DNA from: Verrucomicrobiaceae bacterium
GTDB taxonomy: Bacteria; Verrucomicrobiota; Verrucomicrobiia; Verrucomicrobiales; Verrucomicrobiaceae
Assembly (NCBI GenBank): GCA_046346635.1
Contig: JAXMHT010000007.1
Coordinates: 22,283-86,282 of the forward strand
DNA: 64,000 bases
Direction of reading: 5' to 3'
Part shown: positions 45,778 to 54,329 of the stretch, one piece after another
Position numbering within the stretch: position 1 is the first letter of the stretch
Layout: the number at the start of each line of letters is the position of its first letter
Program-made: the position numbers and the translations under genes
The notes under the pieces: model-generated
What the model saw: the letters and a program-made list of their open reading frames with translations, nothing else
Database searches by the model: none
What the model was told of the DNA's origin: nothing

Positions 45778-47238
45778 ATGGCTCCTGACGAGCAAATCAT
45801 CACGCAACACACCGCCAGTGCGACCAAGTCCGCATCTAAAGCGCTTGGAGTGCTTGCCGCCGTTTCTGCTGGCGGCCTGATGGCATTGCGCATGAAGCAG
45901 GCGCCCTTGTTCTTCCTAGCTGGCGCGGCCGCTGCGGCATTGCTGTCGCGCAAACGGGTGATTCCGGTCAGGAAGCCGATGGAACTGATGCCACAACGGG
46001 AGCCGGATCCTGCTCCGCCGGAGGTGGAAGCCTGGTTGGCCCGCCAAATCGAAAGGGAGCAACAGACTCCTGTGATTACCTTGGATGTCGTGGAGGTTTC
46101 CAAGGTCCCAGAATTGGTTCCTGCGCCTGAACCGCAGATCACAGCTTTGGAGGCCATGAAGCCTGAGTCGATTGAAGGACTCGGGGCCTCGCTGAGTCCC
46201 GGACAGCCGGACATTCTTCAAAAGACGCTTGAGGCTGAAAGGTCTGTGCTGGGCGACGTGACTACCTGGGGCAGCTTTCTGTCGGAAGCGGCGCCTATGC
46301 CGGGCGGGCCTAGTCCTGTGTCTTCATCCTCAGTTCCTGAGGCTCGCCACGTTCCTGCACCACTGATTGTGGAAGAGATTGCGAAGGCTTCGCCATCTCG
46401 GGAGGAGCCTCTGAATGCCTCGTGGCTGCTAGACATCGAACCCTTGCCCAGCTTGGATGAGATGATTGCGGATGTTCCTTCGCACTCGGCGTCAGCTGCA
46501 ACGGATCATTCGGCCTTCATGGCCTTGGCACCAGACATTGCTCCTCTGTTTGACTCTGCCGAACTGCCTCCTATGCCGGCGGCTGCAGTGCCTTCTGTGC
46601 AACCGGAGTTTGTTCCCACTTTGTTCCAAGGTGCCGAATTACCTGACGAGATCACTGTGGCCGAGGTCGCGGAGCAGGTTTCCGAGCCGCAGCCAGAGGT
46701 GGCACCTGAGCCAGTCGTAGAGAGAGCTGTGGGGCCGCCAGCCGAATCAGTCATGGCATCTCTATTCACGCCTCCATCGACAGCGTCGGAGCCGCCGACG
46801 CTCTCTGTTGAGGCTCTCGATGTGCCCGTGTCATTTGCTGAGCCCGACGATGCATCTTTCGACGATCCACTGGCCTATTTGGAGGAAAATCCTTCGGCCC
46901 TGCCCGGGGGGATTGCTCCGCAACCACCTTTAAGACCACTTGCTCCCGTGGTTGAGGCTGAAATTGTCGTGCGGCCTCGCGGTCTCGCGATCACCCGTGT
47001 GCAGGCCAAGCCTTCGGCGGAGGCGCCAGTGGAGTTCGGTGTGGTGCCCATCGACCGTGAGGTGGAGGCTCTGGTGACGCTTGAGGAGCCGTTTGAGCCA
47101 AAAACACCACCGACGGTCGATTCCACGTCATCGGACAAAGCGGTCTCTAGCCCGCCTGAACTGCCGCCTGCTCCGGTTGTGCTGCCTCGCGAGCAAAAAG
47201 CACGCAAGACATGGCGGTCTTGGTGGCGCGGGGATTGA
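45778..47238 (+). CDS. membrane-anchored acidic Pro-rich low-complexity protein
   Basis: ORF 45754..47238, ATG at 45778. Two N-terminal hydrophobic segments are followed by ~420 aa rich in P/E/A/S/V, ending KTWRSWWRGD. Opposite-strand ORFs are short. It uses many A/T-ending and rare codons compared with its neighbours. Confidence 0.55.
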   Translation: MAPDEQIITQHTASATKSASKALGVLAAVSAGGLMALRMKQAPLFFLAGAAAAALLSRKRVIPVRKPMELMPQREPDPAPPEVEAWLARQIEREQQTPVITLDVVEVSKVPELVPAPEPQITALEAMKPESIEGLGASLSPGQPDILQKTLEAERSVLGDVTTWGSFLSEAAPMPGGPSPVSSSSVPEARHVPAPLIVEEIAKASPSREEPLNASWLLDIEPLPSLDEMIADVPSHSASAATDHSAFMALAPDIAPLFDSAELPPMPAAAVPSVQPEFVPTLFQGAELPDEITVAEVAEQVSEPQPEVAPEPVVERAVGPPAESVMASLFTPPSTASEPPTLSVEALDVPVSFAEPDDASFDDPLAYLEENPSALPGGIAPQPPLRPLAPVVEAEIVVRPRGLAITRVQAKPSAEAPVEFGVVPIDREVEALVTLEEPFEPKTPPTVDSTSSDKAVSSPPELPPAPVVLPREQKARKTWRSWWRGD

Positions 47239-47244
47239 GTGGCC

Positions 47245-48996
47245 TCACTTGGCGAGTTCGGCCTTGGCCTCCATTAGGGCCGAGAGGTCCGCGTCTGCCT
47301 TGGGAAAGCACTCGATCACACGGTTCCATGCGAAGCGCGTGGCGTCGGTTGCGATGCCACCTGCGGCAAGCTTTTCGGCACGTGCCAACCCGAGCATCAC
47401 ATGGCCACTGCGGGGGCGTTGGATGAGCGCCTTTTGATAGGATGCCTTTGCCGACGCTGCATCGCCTCGTTGCAGATAAAACGCTCCAGCCAGTTCATGG
47501 GACGAAAGTGGTAATAGCGGCGGATCCATACGGAAGGCATCGCCGTCTGCTTCGATCAGGCCTTCGATGAAAATACGGCCGGTTTGCAGACTCGAGGCCC
47601 CCATGGCACGCAAGGCTCTCGCGAAAAGGTCGAGTGCGCGGCTGGCACGCTGGGCATAGAAACCCTCCTCGGAGGCCGTCACACGGCCCGCGGCATCGTT
47701 GAGCAACTGGGTCCAGCGAGCCAGATCGCCGAGCGCAATCGACAGCTGGTCCCTCTGGCCTGTCGTAGCCATCTGCAGGCCGCGAGAAACAGCCGCAAGC
47801 CCTTCCAAAGAGTAACGCGGCACTGAAGGGGAGAGGTCTGCAGCCTCGCGTGCGAAGGTCTCTGCCGCCTTCTGATACTGCCCGGCTCGCAGCAGCAGCC
47901 TGCCCGCGAGTGAACGGCCCTCATAGACGACCACTGAGGCAGCCTCCGAACGCAAACGCGAGGTGGAGAGTCGTGTTCGTTTCAGTTCCTCGGCATACAA
48001 AAGGGCCTCCCGCAGCCTTCCGGCCTCGCAGTAGGCCTGCGCGAGAAAGTTGGTGTTATGTGCAAAATTCTCATTTTCGGCGAAATCGATGCCTTCAGCC
48101 TTGTGATAGGCCTCGTCGACGGCGTATGCGGCTCGGAAGTGCGAGATTGCCTCATCGTAGTCACCTCGGAAGAAGGCTACATGACCCGGCATGTGCACGG
48201 CATGACTCGCTCGTGGTGCCAATTTGCCGATCCGAAGGGCGTAGGGCACGGCGAGGTCGATCTCGGGTCCCAATTCATACAAGTGGATGGCATAGTGTAT
48301 AGCCCCGACGTGGTTAGGGGACCGCTTCAACACTTCCTCAATGATCCGGATGCCGCGATCCTGCCTGTCCGTGCGCTGCCCATTGGCCTGATAACCGTCT
48401 TTGTAGTAGTAGGCAGCGAGTGCGCCTGCATCGATATCGGTCGGATCCGAGCGCCAGTTGGCCTCCAAGCGCTCGGCAAATCGGTCACTGCCTTGGCTGA
48501 CTAGGACTTGCAGTGCATCAATGTAACCTTGTTCGCGGGGGGATACGCGGTCCCGAAGGGCTGCCAGCCGTCCCATCGCGTTTGTGCGTTCAACCAAGAA
48601 TTCCGGACTGCGTCCCGGCATGCACATTACAATGCCCCAGTAAGCCATGGCGCATTCAGGGTCGAGCTCCACCGCCCGTTGAAAGGCGCGATAGGCTTCA
48701 AACTCCCAGAAGACATGCAACAAATTCAGTCCGCAGTCGAAGTAGGCTTGGGCTTGAGGATTTTTGGTCGTGATCGTGAGGCTTGCGTTGCCCACACCAT
48801 CGCGCAGTGGCGGGGCAGGGAGGTGGCGGACGTTGGCCGTGAGGACACGGTGAGGATCTCCACAGCGTGCTGGCGGTGCCAAGTTGGCCGGTGCTTGATC
48901 ACCGGTTAATCGGGCGGATTTGTGGCATGACGCCGCCAGCCACAGGCAGGTGACTGCAACAAGCGCTTTGTAACGGGATTGGGTATGCGGACGCAT
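47245..48996 (-). CDS. TPR-repeat lipoprotein
   Basis: ORF 47245..49116. The ATG at 48994-48996 gives MRPHTQSRYKALVAVTCLWLAASC (lipobox). Repeated A-x-x-x-F/Y-x-x-A-L/V TPR-like helices run throughout. Confidence 0.75.
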   Translation of the reverse strand: MRPHTQSRYKALVAVTCLWLAASCHKSARLTGDQAPANLAPPARCGDPHRVLTANVRHLPAPPLRDGVGNASLTITTKNPQAQAYFDCGLNLLHVFWEFEAYRAFQRAVELDPECAMAYWGIVMCMPGRSPEFLVERTNAMGRLAALRDRVSPREQGYIDALQVLVSQGSDRFAERLEANWRSDPTDIDAGALAAYYYKDGYQANGQRTDRQDRGIRIIEEVLKRSPNHVGAIHYAIHLYELGPEIDLAVPYALRIGKLAPRASHAVHMPGHVAFFRGDYDEAISHFRAAYAVDEAYHKAEGIDFAENENFAHNTNFLAQAYCEAGRLREALLYAEELKRTRLSTSRLRSEAASVVVYEGRSLAGRLLLRAGQYQKAAETFAREAADLSPSVPRYSLEGLAAVSRGLQMATTGQRDQLSIALGDLARWTQLLNDAAGRVTASEEGFYAQRASRALDLFARALRAMGASSLQTGRIFIEGLIEADGDAFRMDPPLLPLSSHELAGAFYLQRGDAASAKASYQKALIQRPRSGHVMLGLARAEKLAAGGIATDATRFAWNRVIECFPKADADLSALMEAKAELAK

Positions 48997-49195
48997 CAAA
49001 TGATGTGGCGAGCATAGCGTGAAACAGCAGCATTGGCCACGAGGTGTCGCTATCGCTATGAATTTTATAAGCAGTTCTTCAAGGGCGATTGACCGTCTTG
49101 GAAGGGTGATTTTCATTCGTGAGTCGCATCTGAGGTTTTTCTTGCACTTCTGACATTGAGGGCGGGCTTGAAAATAGATAATGGCAAACGTGAGC

Positions 49196-49209
49196 GCGCA
49201 TTAATGCGC
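49196..49209. promoter_or_regulatory. 14-bp perfect palindrome GCGCATTAATGCGC upstream of the PEP-CTERM gene
   Basis: Read directly from the sequence. It lies 35-48 nt upstream of the ATG at 49244. Confidence 0.3.
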
Positions 49210-49243
49210 TGCTTGTCAGGTTCAAATCTCACCTCTTCTCCTC

Positions 49244-49981
49244 ATGAAAAAACTCCTTCTTGCCCTCGTGGCCACAGCGTCGTTCTCCGGTGCTGCCACT
49301 GCCCAAGTGGTTAACCCCTACGCCAATGTGCTGGCGTTCTACGACTTCAACAACTTGGCCAGCGCGAGCAGTTCGAACACGGTGACCTATTGTGCCCCGT
49401 GCATCAATGCGGTCACGGATCTGTCGCTCAACGGCCTTTCGCAAAGTCTTCACTTCTTCGGTGGGCCTGACGGCTCCAAGTTTCGCTGTTTTGCCGGTTG
49501 GGACACCGCCTACGACTATTCCTTTCTCCGCTCCGACCTCAGCCAGGACGTGGACACGCTCGCCTTTGATGTGATCGTGGATCCGCAGGCTACGGCTCTT
49601 ATCAGCAGCCTCAGCCTTGATTGGAAACGCCCCTCGGTGAATTCCGTCAACTCGATCCAGGCGTCCATCTTCTGGGAAGATAGCAGTGGTGCCGTTCAAT
49701 ACCGTACGTCCGGTCCTGTATCCCTGTCCAATATTGGCTCCTGGAATGCCCTTGATTTCCAATTCAACAGCGGCTCGTCAGCATTCCCGACCGGTGCGTC
49801 AGCCGCTGGAGAACTCTATCACGTGGAACTTTACGCTTGGGGTGCCCAAGGCGGCACTCTCTACTTGGATAATGTTAGTCTGAATGGGCAGTGCGCCCCC
49901 ATCCCTGAGCCCGCTGGTGCCCTTTTGATCGGAACTGCCGGCATGATGATGCTTTTGCGTCGCCGCAGCCGCCAGCGCTGA
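49244..49981 (+). CDS. PEP-CTERM sorting-domain protein
   Basis: Signal peptide MKKLLLALVATASFSGAATA. The C-terminus is PIPEPAGALLIGTAGMMMLLRRRSRQR. Confidence 0.8.
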   Translation: MKKLLLALVATASFSGAATAQVVNPYANVLAFYDFNNLASASSSNTVTYCAPCINAVTDLSLNGLSQSLHFFGGPDGSKFRCFAGWDTAYDYSFLRSDLSQDVDTLAFDVIVDPQATALISSLSLDWKRPSVNSVNSIQASIFWEDSSGAVQYRTSGPVSLSNIGSWNALDFQFNSGSSAFPTGASAAGELYHVELYAWGAQGGTLYLDNVSLNGQCAPIPEPAGALLIGTAGMMMLLRRRSRQR

Positions 49982-50010
49982 AACTAACATTGAGGGAGAA
50001 GTTTGTTGAA

Positions 50011-50050
50011 AGAGGCGGTGGAGCAATCCACCGCCTCTTTCATTATTTCT
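50011..50050 (+). terminator. rho-independent terminator after the PEP-CTERM gene
   Basis: 13-bp perfect stem AAGAGGCGGTGGA / TCCACCGCCTCTT with loop GCAA and a T-rich tail, TCATTATTTC. Confidence 0.7.
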
Positions 50051-50112
50051 GCACTTGGAAGGTTGTTGCGGTCTTTGTGATATATTGAGTCGATTTTGGC
50101 GTAAATGCCCTC

Positions 50113-52596
50113 ATGAAGCGTCCCCTCGCCACCTCACTCGCCTTTGTTTGCCTCACCTCCGCGGTTTTCGCGGCCCCGCAGGTGCAGCCTGCTGCCGCAG
50201 CCAAGGAGATCGACGCCATCTTGGCCGCCGATTGGAAGAAACACAATCTCAAGGGCAATCCTGCCACGGATGACAACACCTTCGTCCGCCGCATCTACCT
50301 AGACATCATCGGCCGCATCCCGACCACTCGTGAAGCGGAGGCCTTTTTGAGCGACAATGCTGCCGACAAGCGTGCGAAGCTGATCGACAAGCTCCTCGCC
50401 TCCGAGGCCTATGTGCAGCACTTTTTCAATTATTGGGCCGATGTGCTTCGCCTGACGAGCAATGGCAACCAGACCGGTGGCATCACTGGCGCGGCATATG
50501 CAAACTTCGTGAAGCAGAGTCTTCGCGACAACAAGCCCTACGATAAATTCGTCGCCGAGATGATCGCGGCGCAGGGCAAGGCCTGGGAGAACGGCGCCAT
50601 CGGCTACTACATGCGTGATCGTGGCATGCCGCTGGACAACATGGCGAACACCACGCGCATCTTCCTCGGCACCCGCATCGAGTGCGCCCAGTGCCACAAC
50701 CACCCGTTCGACAAGTGGTCGCAGATGCAGTTCTTCAAAATGGCCGCCTTCACCTACGGCGTGCAGACCCAGGACTACAATGGTGGCATCATGGGCGATG
50801 TGCGTGACCTGCTCCGCGAGCAGGAAGATGCGGCACGTGCGGCCATCAAGGAGCCTCAGCGTCCGCAGCGCCCGAAGATCAGTGGCAAAATGACCAAGGA
50901 AGAGCGTGCCGCTGCCGAGAAGGCCTACACCGACGCCTACAAGAAGTATGAGGCCGAGATGAAAATCGTGCAGGTGAAGCGCCGCGAGGTGCAGGACAAG
51001 CTCCGCAAGGAGCAGCGTGGCTACCAGGAAGCCATGAACGACGTGCGTGACACCATGCGCTACACCAGCGTGAGCACTCGTGATGCCAAGCTCACTCTGC
51101 CGCACGACTATCAGTATAGTGATGCCAAGCCCAAATCAGTCGTCAGCGCCGGCACCATGATGGGCCACGAGTGCGTCTGCCAGCCGGGCGAGACCCCGCT
51201 GCAGGCCTACGCGCGCTGGATGACCAGCCCGGAGAATCCGCGCTTCACTACCGTCATCGCCAACCGCCTGTGGAAGCGTGTTTTCGGCCTCGCCCTCATC
51301 GAGCCGCTCGACGAGCTCCTCGACATGAGCGTGCCGATGGTCCCGGACATGGAAAAGCACCTCGAAAAGCTCGTCATCGACCTCAACTACGACATGAAGG
51401 CCGTCCTTCGAGTGCTCTACAACACGAAGGCCTATCAAGCGCAGGTCTCCCGCGAAGAGTATGCCGCCGGCAGCACCTACCACTTCACTGGCCCGCTGCT
51501 CCGCCGCATGACTGCCGAGCAGATGTGGGACAGCTTCGTCACACTGATCAATCCGAGCCCGGACATGATCAACCAAGCCAATCGCGACGCCATGCAGCAG
51601 CGCATCCTCCAGGCGAAAAAGATCGCCGACAGCGTGGACACGCTCTCTCCTGAAGAGGCTCTCGAAGGGCTCCAGAAGGCCGCCAAGATCTATGGCATGA
51701 ACCGCGAACGCACGGAGGTGCAGCAGAAGCTTTACGCCGAGGCCCGCACGCAGTGGAAGGAAGCGCAGGACAAGGCCGAGGCCATGAAACCCGGCCCCGA
51801 GCAGCAGGCTGCTATCGCCAAGGCCAAAGAACTCAAGGCCAAGTCTGACGCCATTCGCAGCGAAGTGAACCGCATTCAAAACGAAGGCCGCAAGGTCACC
51901 TACGCCGAGGTCATCACCACCGGTCAGAAGAAGCTCTTCGAGAAAGTCACCGGCAAGCCTTACCAGACCGTCGCCCTCAACACCAAAGGCGGCACCGAGG
52001 CCGCTCCCGCCATGATGGCAGGGGATTCGATGATGATGATGGCCAACGGCGTCCGCACGGAAAAGGTCATGATCCCCGGTTACGACCGTCAAGAGCTCAC
52101 CAAGGAGGAGAAAGAAGCGGTGCGCGCCAAGCTGGCCGCCGCATACGAAGAAGAGGCCGACTACTTCGGCATCACCGAACCCAAGGAGCGACGTAGTTAC
52201 ATCAACGCCCGCGAGCGCATGAGCCGCGACACGGTTCGCTCCGCCGAGCTCGAAAGCCCCGCACCGCGCGGCCATTATCTCCGTGAGTTCGGCCAGAGCG
52301 ACCGCGAGACTATCGAAAACGCCAACAACGAAGCCAGTGTGCCTCAGGCGCTCGCCATGATGAACGGCAGCCTGCTTCCCCAGCTCCTCGATACTTTCAG
52401 CCAGCTCATGCTCACCGTGCGCAAGGCCCAGTATCCCGATGACAAGGTCGAGGCCGCCTACATGACCATCCTCTCCCGCAAACCCACGGCGAACGAAAAA
52501 GCCGCCTGGCTCAAAGCCCAGGATAATGGCCTCCAGGACATCAAGGACCTTGTTTTCTCCCTCCTGAACACCCAGCAGTTTATCTTCATCCAGTAA
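50113..52596 (+). CDS. DUF1549 (PSCyt2) / DUF1553 (PSD1) domain protein, copy 2
   Basis: Signal peptide. Blocks FVRRIYLDIIGRIPT, YVQHFFNYWADVLR, GAIGYYMRDRGMPLDN, ECAQCHNHPFDKW and SPAPRGHYLREFGQSDR. It has longer Lys/Glu-rich inserts than copy 1. Confidence 0.85.
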   Translation: MKRPLATSLAFVCLTSAVFAAPQVQPAAAAKEIDAILAADWKKHNLKGNPATDDNTFVRRIYLDIIGRIPTTREAEAFLSDNAADKRAKLIDKLLASEAYVQHFFNYWADVLRLTSNGNQTGGITGAAYANFVKQSLRDNKPYDKFVAEMIAAQGKAWENGAIGYYMRDRGMPLDNMANTTRIFLGTRIECAQCHNHPFDKWSQMQFFKMAAFTYGVQTQDYNGGIMGDVRDLLREQEDAARAAIKEPQRPQRPKISGKMTKEERAAAEKAYTDAYKKYEAEMKIVQVKRREVQDKLRKEQRGYQEAMNDVRDTMRYTSVSTRDAKLTLPHDYQYSDAKPKSVVSAGTMMGHECVCQPGETPLQAYARWMTSPENPRFTTVIANRLWKRVFGLALIEPLDELLDMSVPMVPDMEKHLEKLVIDLNYDMKAVLRVLYNTKAYQAQVSREEYAAGSTYHFTGPLLRRMTAEQMWDSFVTLINPSPDMINQANRDAMQQRILQAKKIADSVDTLSPEEALEGLQKAAKIYGMNRERTEVQQKLYAEARTQWKEAQDKAEAMKPGPEQQAAIAKAKELKAKSDAIRSEVNRIQNEGRKVTYAEVITTGQKKLFEKVTGKPYQTVALNTKGGTEAAPAMMAGDSMMMMANGVRTEKVMIPGYDRQELTKEEKEAVRAKLAAAYEEEADYFGITEPKERRSYINARERMSRDTVRSAELESPAPRGHYLREFGQSDRETIENANNEASVPQALAMMNGSLLPQLLDTFSQLMLTVRKAQYPDDKVEAAYMTILSRKPTANEKAAWLKAQDNGLQDIKDLVFSLLNTQQFIFIQ

Positions 52597-52655
52597 CTGC
52601 ACGCCGCTTTCTCCAGCAAGACAACAGACAAACAACAACACACCACGCGCCTCCC

Positions 52656-53960
52656 ATGAAACAAGAGCTCGCCTCCAAACTCCTCCGCTCCGGCGAAATC
52701 AGCCGCCGAGACTTCGCCGCGAAAACCGCGTCGTCGCTCCTCGGCGTCGGCCTTCTCGGAAACTCGCTCACCAGCAAGTCCTTCGCCGCCTTTGAAGGCT
52801 CTTCGAAGCTCAAGCAGGCCGCGACCGCGAAAAACGTCATCTATCTCTACATGAGCGGCGGTCAGTCCCACATGGACACTTGGGACGTGAAGGAAGGGGT
52901 CGAGACAGCCGGTCCCACCAAGCCCATCAAGACCAGCGCCGATGGCGTTCGCATCTCCGAGTACCTGCCGAACACCGCCAAGCACATGCATCATGGCACC
53001 ATCGTGAACTCCCTCACTTCGAATCAGGGCGCTCACGAGCAGGGGAACTACATCATGCACACCAGCTACGAGATGCGCGGCACCATCCGCCATCCCGCCA
53101 TGGGCGCATGGTTGAACGTCTTCCAGGGCGGCGGCAACAGCACCCTGCCAAACTTCGTCTTCGTCGGCAATGACAGCCGCCATCCCGGCGCTGGCTTCTT
53201 CCCCGCCGCGCAGGCTCCGCTGTTCGTCTCGAATCCCGAAAACGGCCTCAAGAACATCAAGAATAGCCAGCCCGAGAAGCTGCAGGCCCGCATGGCCCTC
53301 GCTGACGAGCTCGACAAGGACTTCCGCACCACGTTTGCTCATCGCAACGTCAAGGCCTATGCCGACATGTATGACGACGCCATGGCCATGATGAAGTCGG
53401 AGGACCTCAAGGCTTTTGACCTCACCGAGGAAGCCTCCGACGTTCGCGCCGCTTATGGCAAAGAAGCCTTCGGTCAGGGCTGCCTGCTCGCCCGCCGCCT
53501 CGTTGAGCGCGGTGTGCGCTTTGTCGAAGTCTCCCTCGGCGGTTGGGACACGCACAATGCCAACTTCGTCGCCGTCCCCGAGCGTTGCGAAACCCTCGAT
53601 AAAGGCCTTTCCGCCCTGCTCAACGACTTGAACCTCCGCGGCATGCTCCAGGACACGCTTGTCGTCGTCACCACCGAGTTCGGCCGTACGCCCGACATCA
53701 ATCAGAACGTCGGCCGCGACCACTATCCGAAGGCCTTCTCCGCCGTCATGTTTGGCGGCGGCGTGAAAGGTGGCTACGTCCACGGCAAGACTGACAAGGA
53801 AGGCCGCGAGGTCGTCGAGGACAAGGTCAAGGTGCCTGACTTCAACGCCACCATAGCCTACGCCCTCGGTCTCCCGCTCGATCAGGTCATCTACAGCCCC
53901 AGCAAGCGCCCCTTCACCATCGCCGACAAAGGCCAGCCGGTGACCAGCGTGTTCGCGTAA
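52656..53960 (+). CDS. DUF1501 domain protein, Tat leader, copy 2
   Basis: Leader ISRRDFAAKTASSLLGVG. Blocks GGQSHMDTWDVKE, GWDTHNANF and TEFGRTPDINQNVGRDHYP. It is the same length (434 aa) as the copy 1 ORF. Confidence 0.85.
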   Translation: MKQELASKLLRSGEISRRDFAAKTASSLLGVGLLGNSLTSKSFAAFEGSSKLKQAATAKNVIYLYMSGGQSHMDTWDVKEGVETAGPTKPIKTSADGVRISEYLPNTAKHMHHGTIVNSLTSNQGAHEQGNYIMHTSYEMRGTIRHPAMGAWLNVFQGGGNSTLPNFVFVGNDSRHPGAGFFPAAQAPLFVSNPENGLKNIKNSQPEKLQARMALADELDKDFRTTFAHRNVKAYADMYDDAMAMMKSEDLKAFDLTEEASDVRAAYGKEAFGQGCLLARRLVERGVRFVEVSLGGWDTHNANFVAVPERCETLDKGLSALLNDLNLRGMLQDTLVVVTTEFGRTPDINQNVGRDHYPKAFSAVMFGGGVKGGYVHGKTDKEGREVVEDKVKVPDFNATIAYALGLPLDQVIYSPSKRPFTIADKGQPVTSVFA

Positions 53961-53976
53961 GGCTTGCCATCTCACG

Positions 53977-54009
53977 AAAAAGGCGCGGGGGTATCCTCCG
54001 CGCCTTTTT
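53977..54009 (+). terminator. rho-independent terminator after DUF1501 copy 2
   Basis: AAAAAGGCGCGGGGG-tat-CCTCCGCGCCTTTTT hairpin with flanking A and T runs, so it could act in both directions. Confidence 0.75.
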
Positions 54010-54107
54010 CATTTTCTGATGAAAAGCAGCCATCGTCGGGGCAAAAGCCAAGGGCCCGTGAAACTACTGCTGGACGAGATTTGAGGATTGCAGCACAACA
54101 ACACGCA

Positions 54108-54329
54108 ATGGTCTTTCTGCACCGAACTCAACGCATGGCGGCTGCCTTCAACCTGTGGCTGTGCCTGCTGTTGCTGCTGACGGGAACCTCCTGCCGCAAC
54201 TTGTCGGAAAATGCTGACGAGGCGTGGCGATGGCTCGATCCAGTGGGGCACCGGCGATTTCACCGGGAGAAGTATTACCCGAATGAACGGCGGATGGGGT
54301 TGCGGATGCCGGAGCCGAAGGAGGATTGA
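54108..54329 (+). CDS. possible small lipoprotein (73 aa)
   Basis: The internal ATG of ORF 53964..54329 gives MVFLHRTQRMAAAFNLWLCLLLLLTGTSC, a lipobox-like leader. The upstream part of the ORF overlaps the terminator, so the full-length ORF is unlikely. There is no family support. Confidence 0.3.
   Translation: MVFLHRTQRMAAAFNLWLCLLLLLTGTSCRNLSENADEAWRWLDPVGHRRFHREKYYPNERRMGLRMPEPKED

Noticed and set aside
50079-50087. Extended -10 promoter (TGaTATATT) upstream of DUF1549/1553 copy 2.
   Set aside because: The sequence is plausible, but there is no acceptable -35 at 17±1 bp and promoter consensus in this phylum is uncertain. It is not listed as a feature.
53964-54329. Full-length 121-aa ORF immediately after DUF1501 copy 2.
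   Set aside because: Its first ~45 codons run through the rho-independent terminator hairpin and have no start context. Only the distal 73-aa lipobox-containing part is listed, at low confidence.
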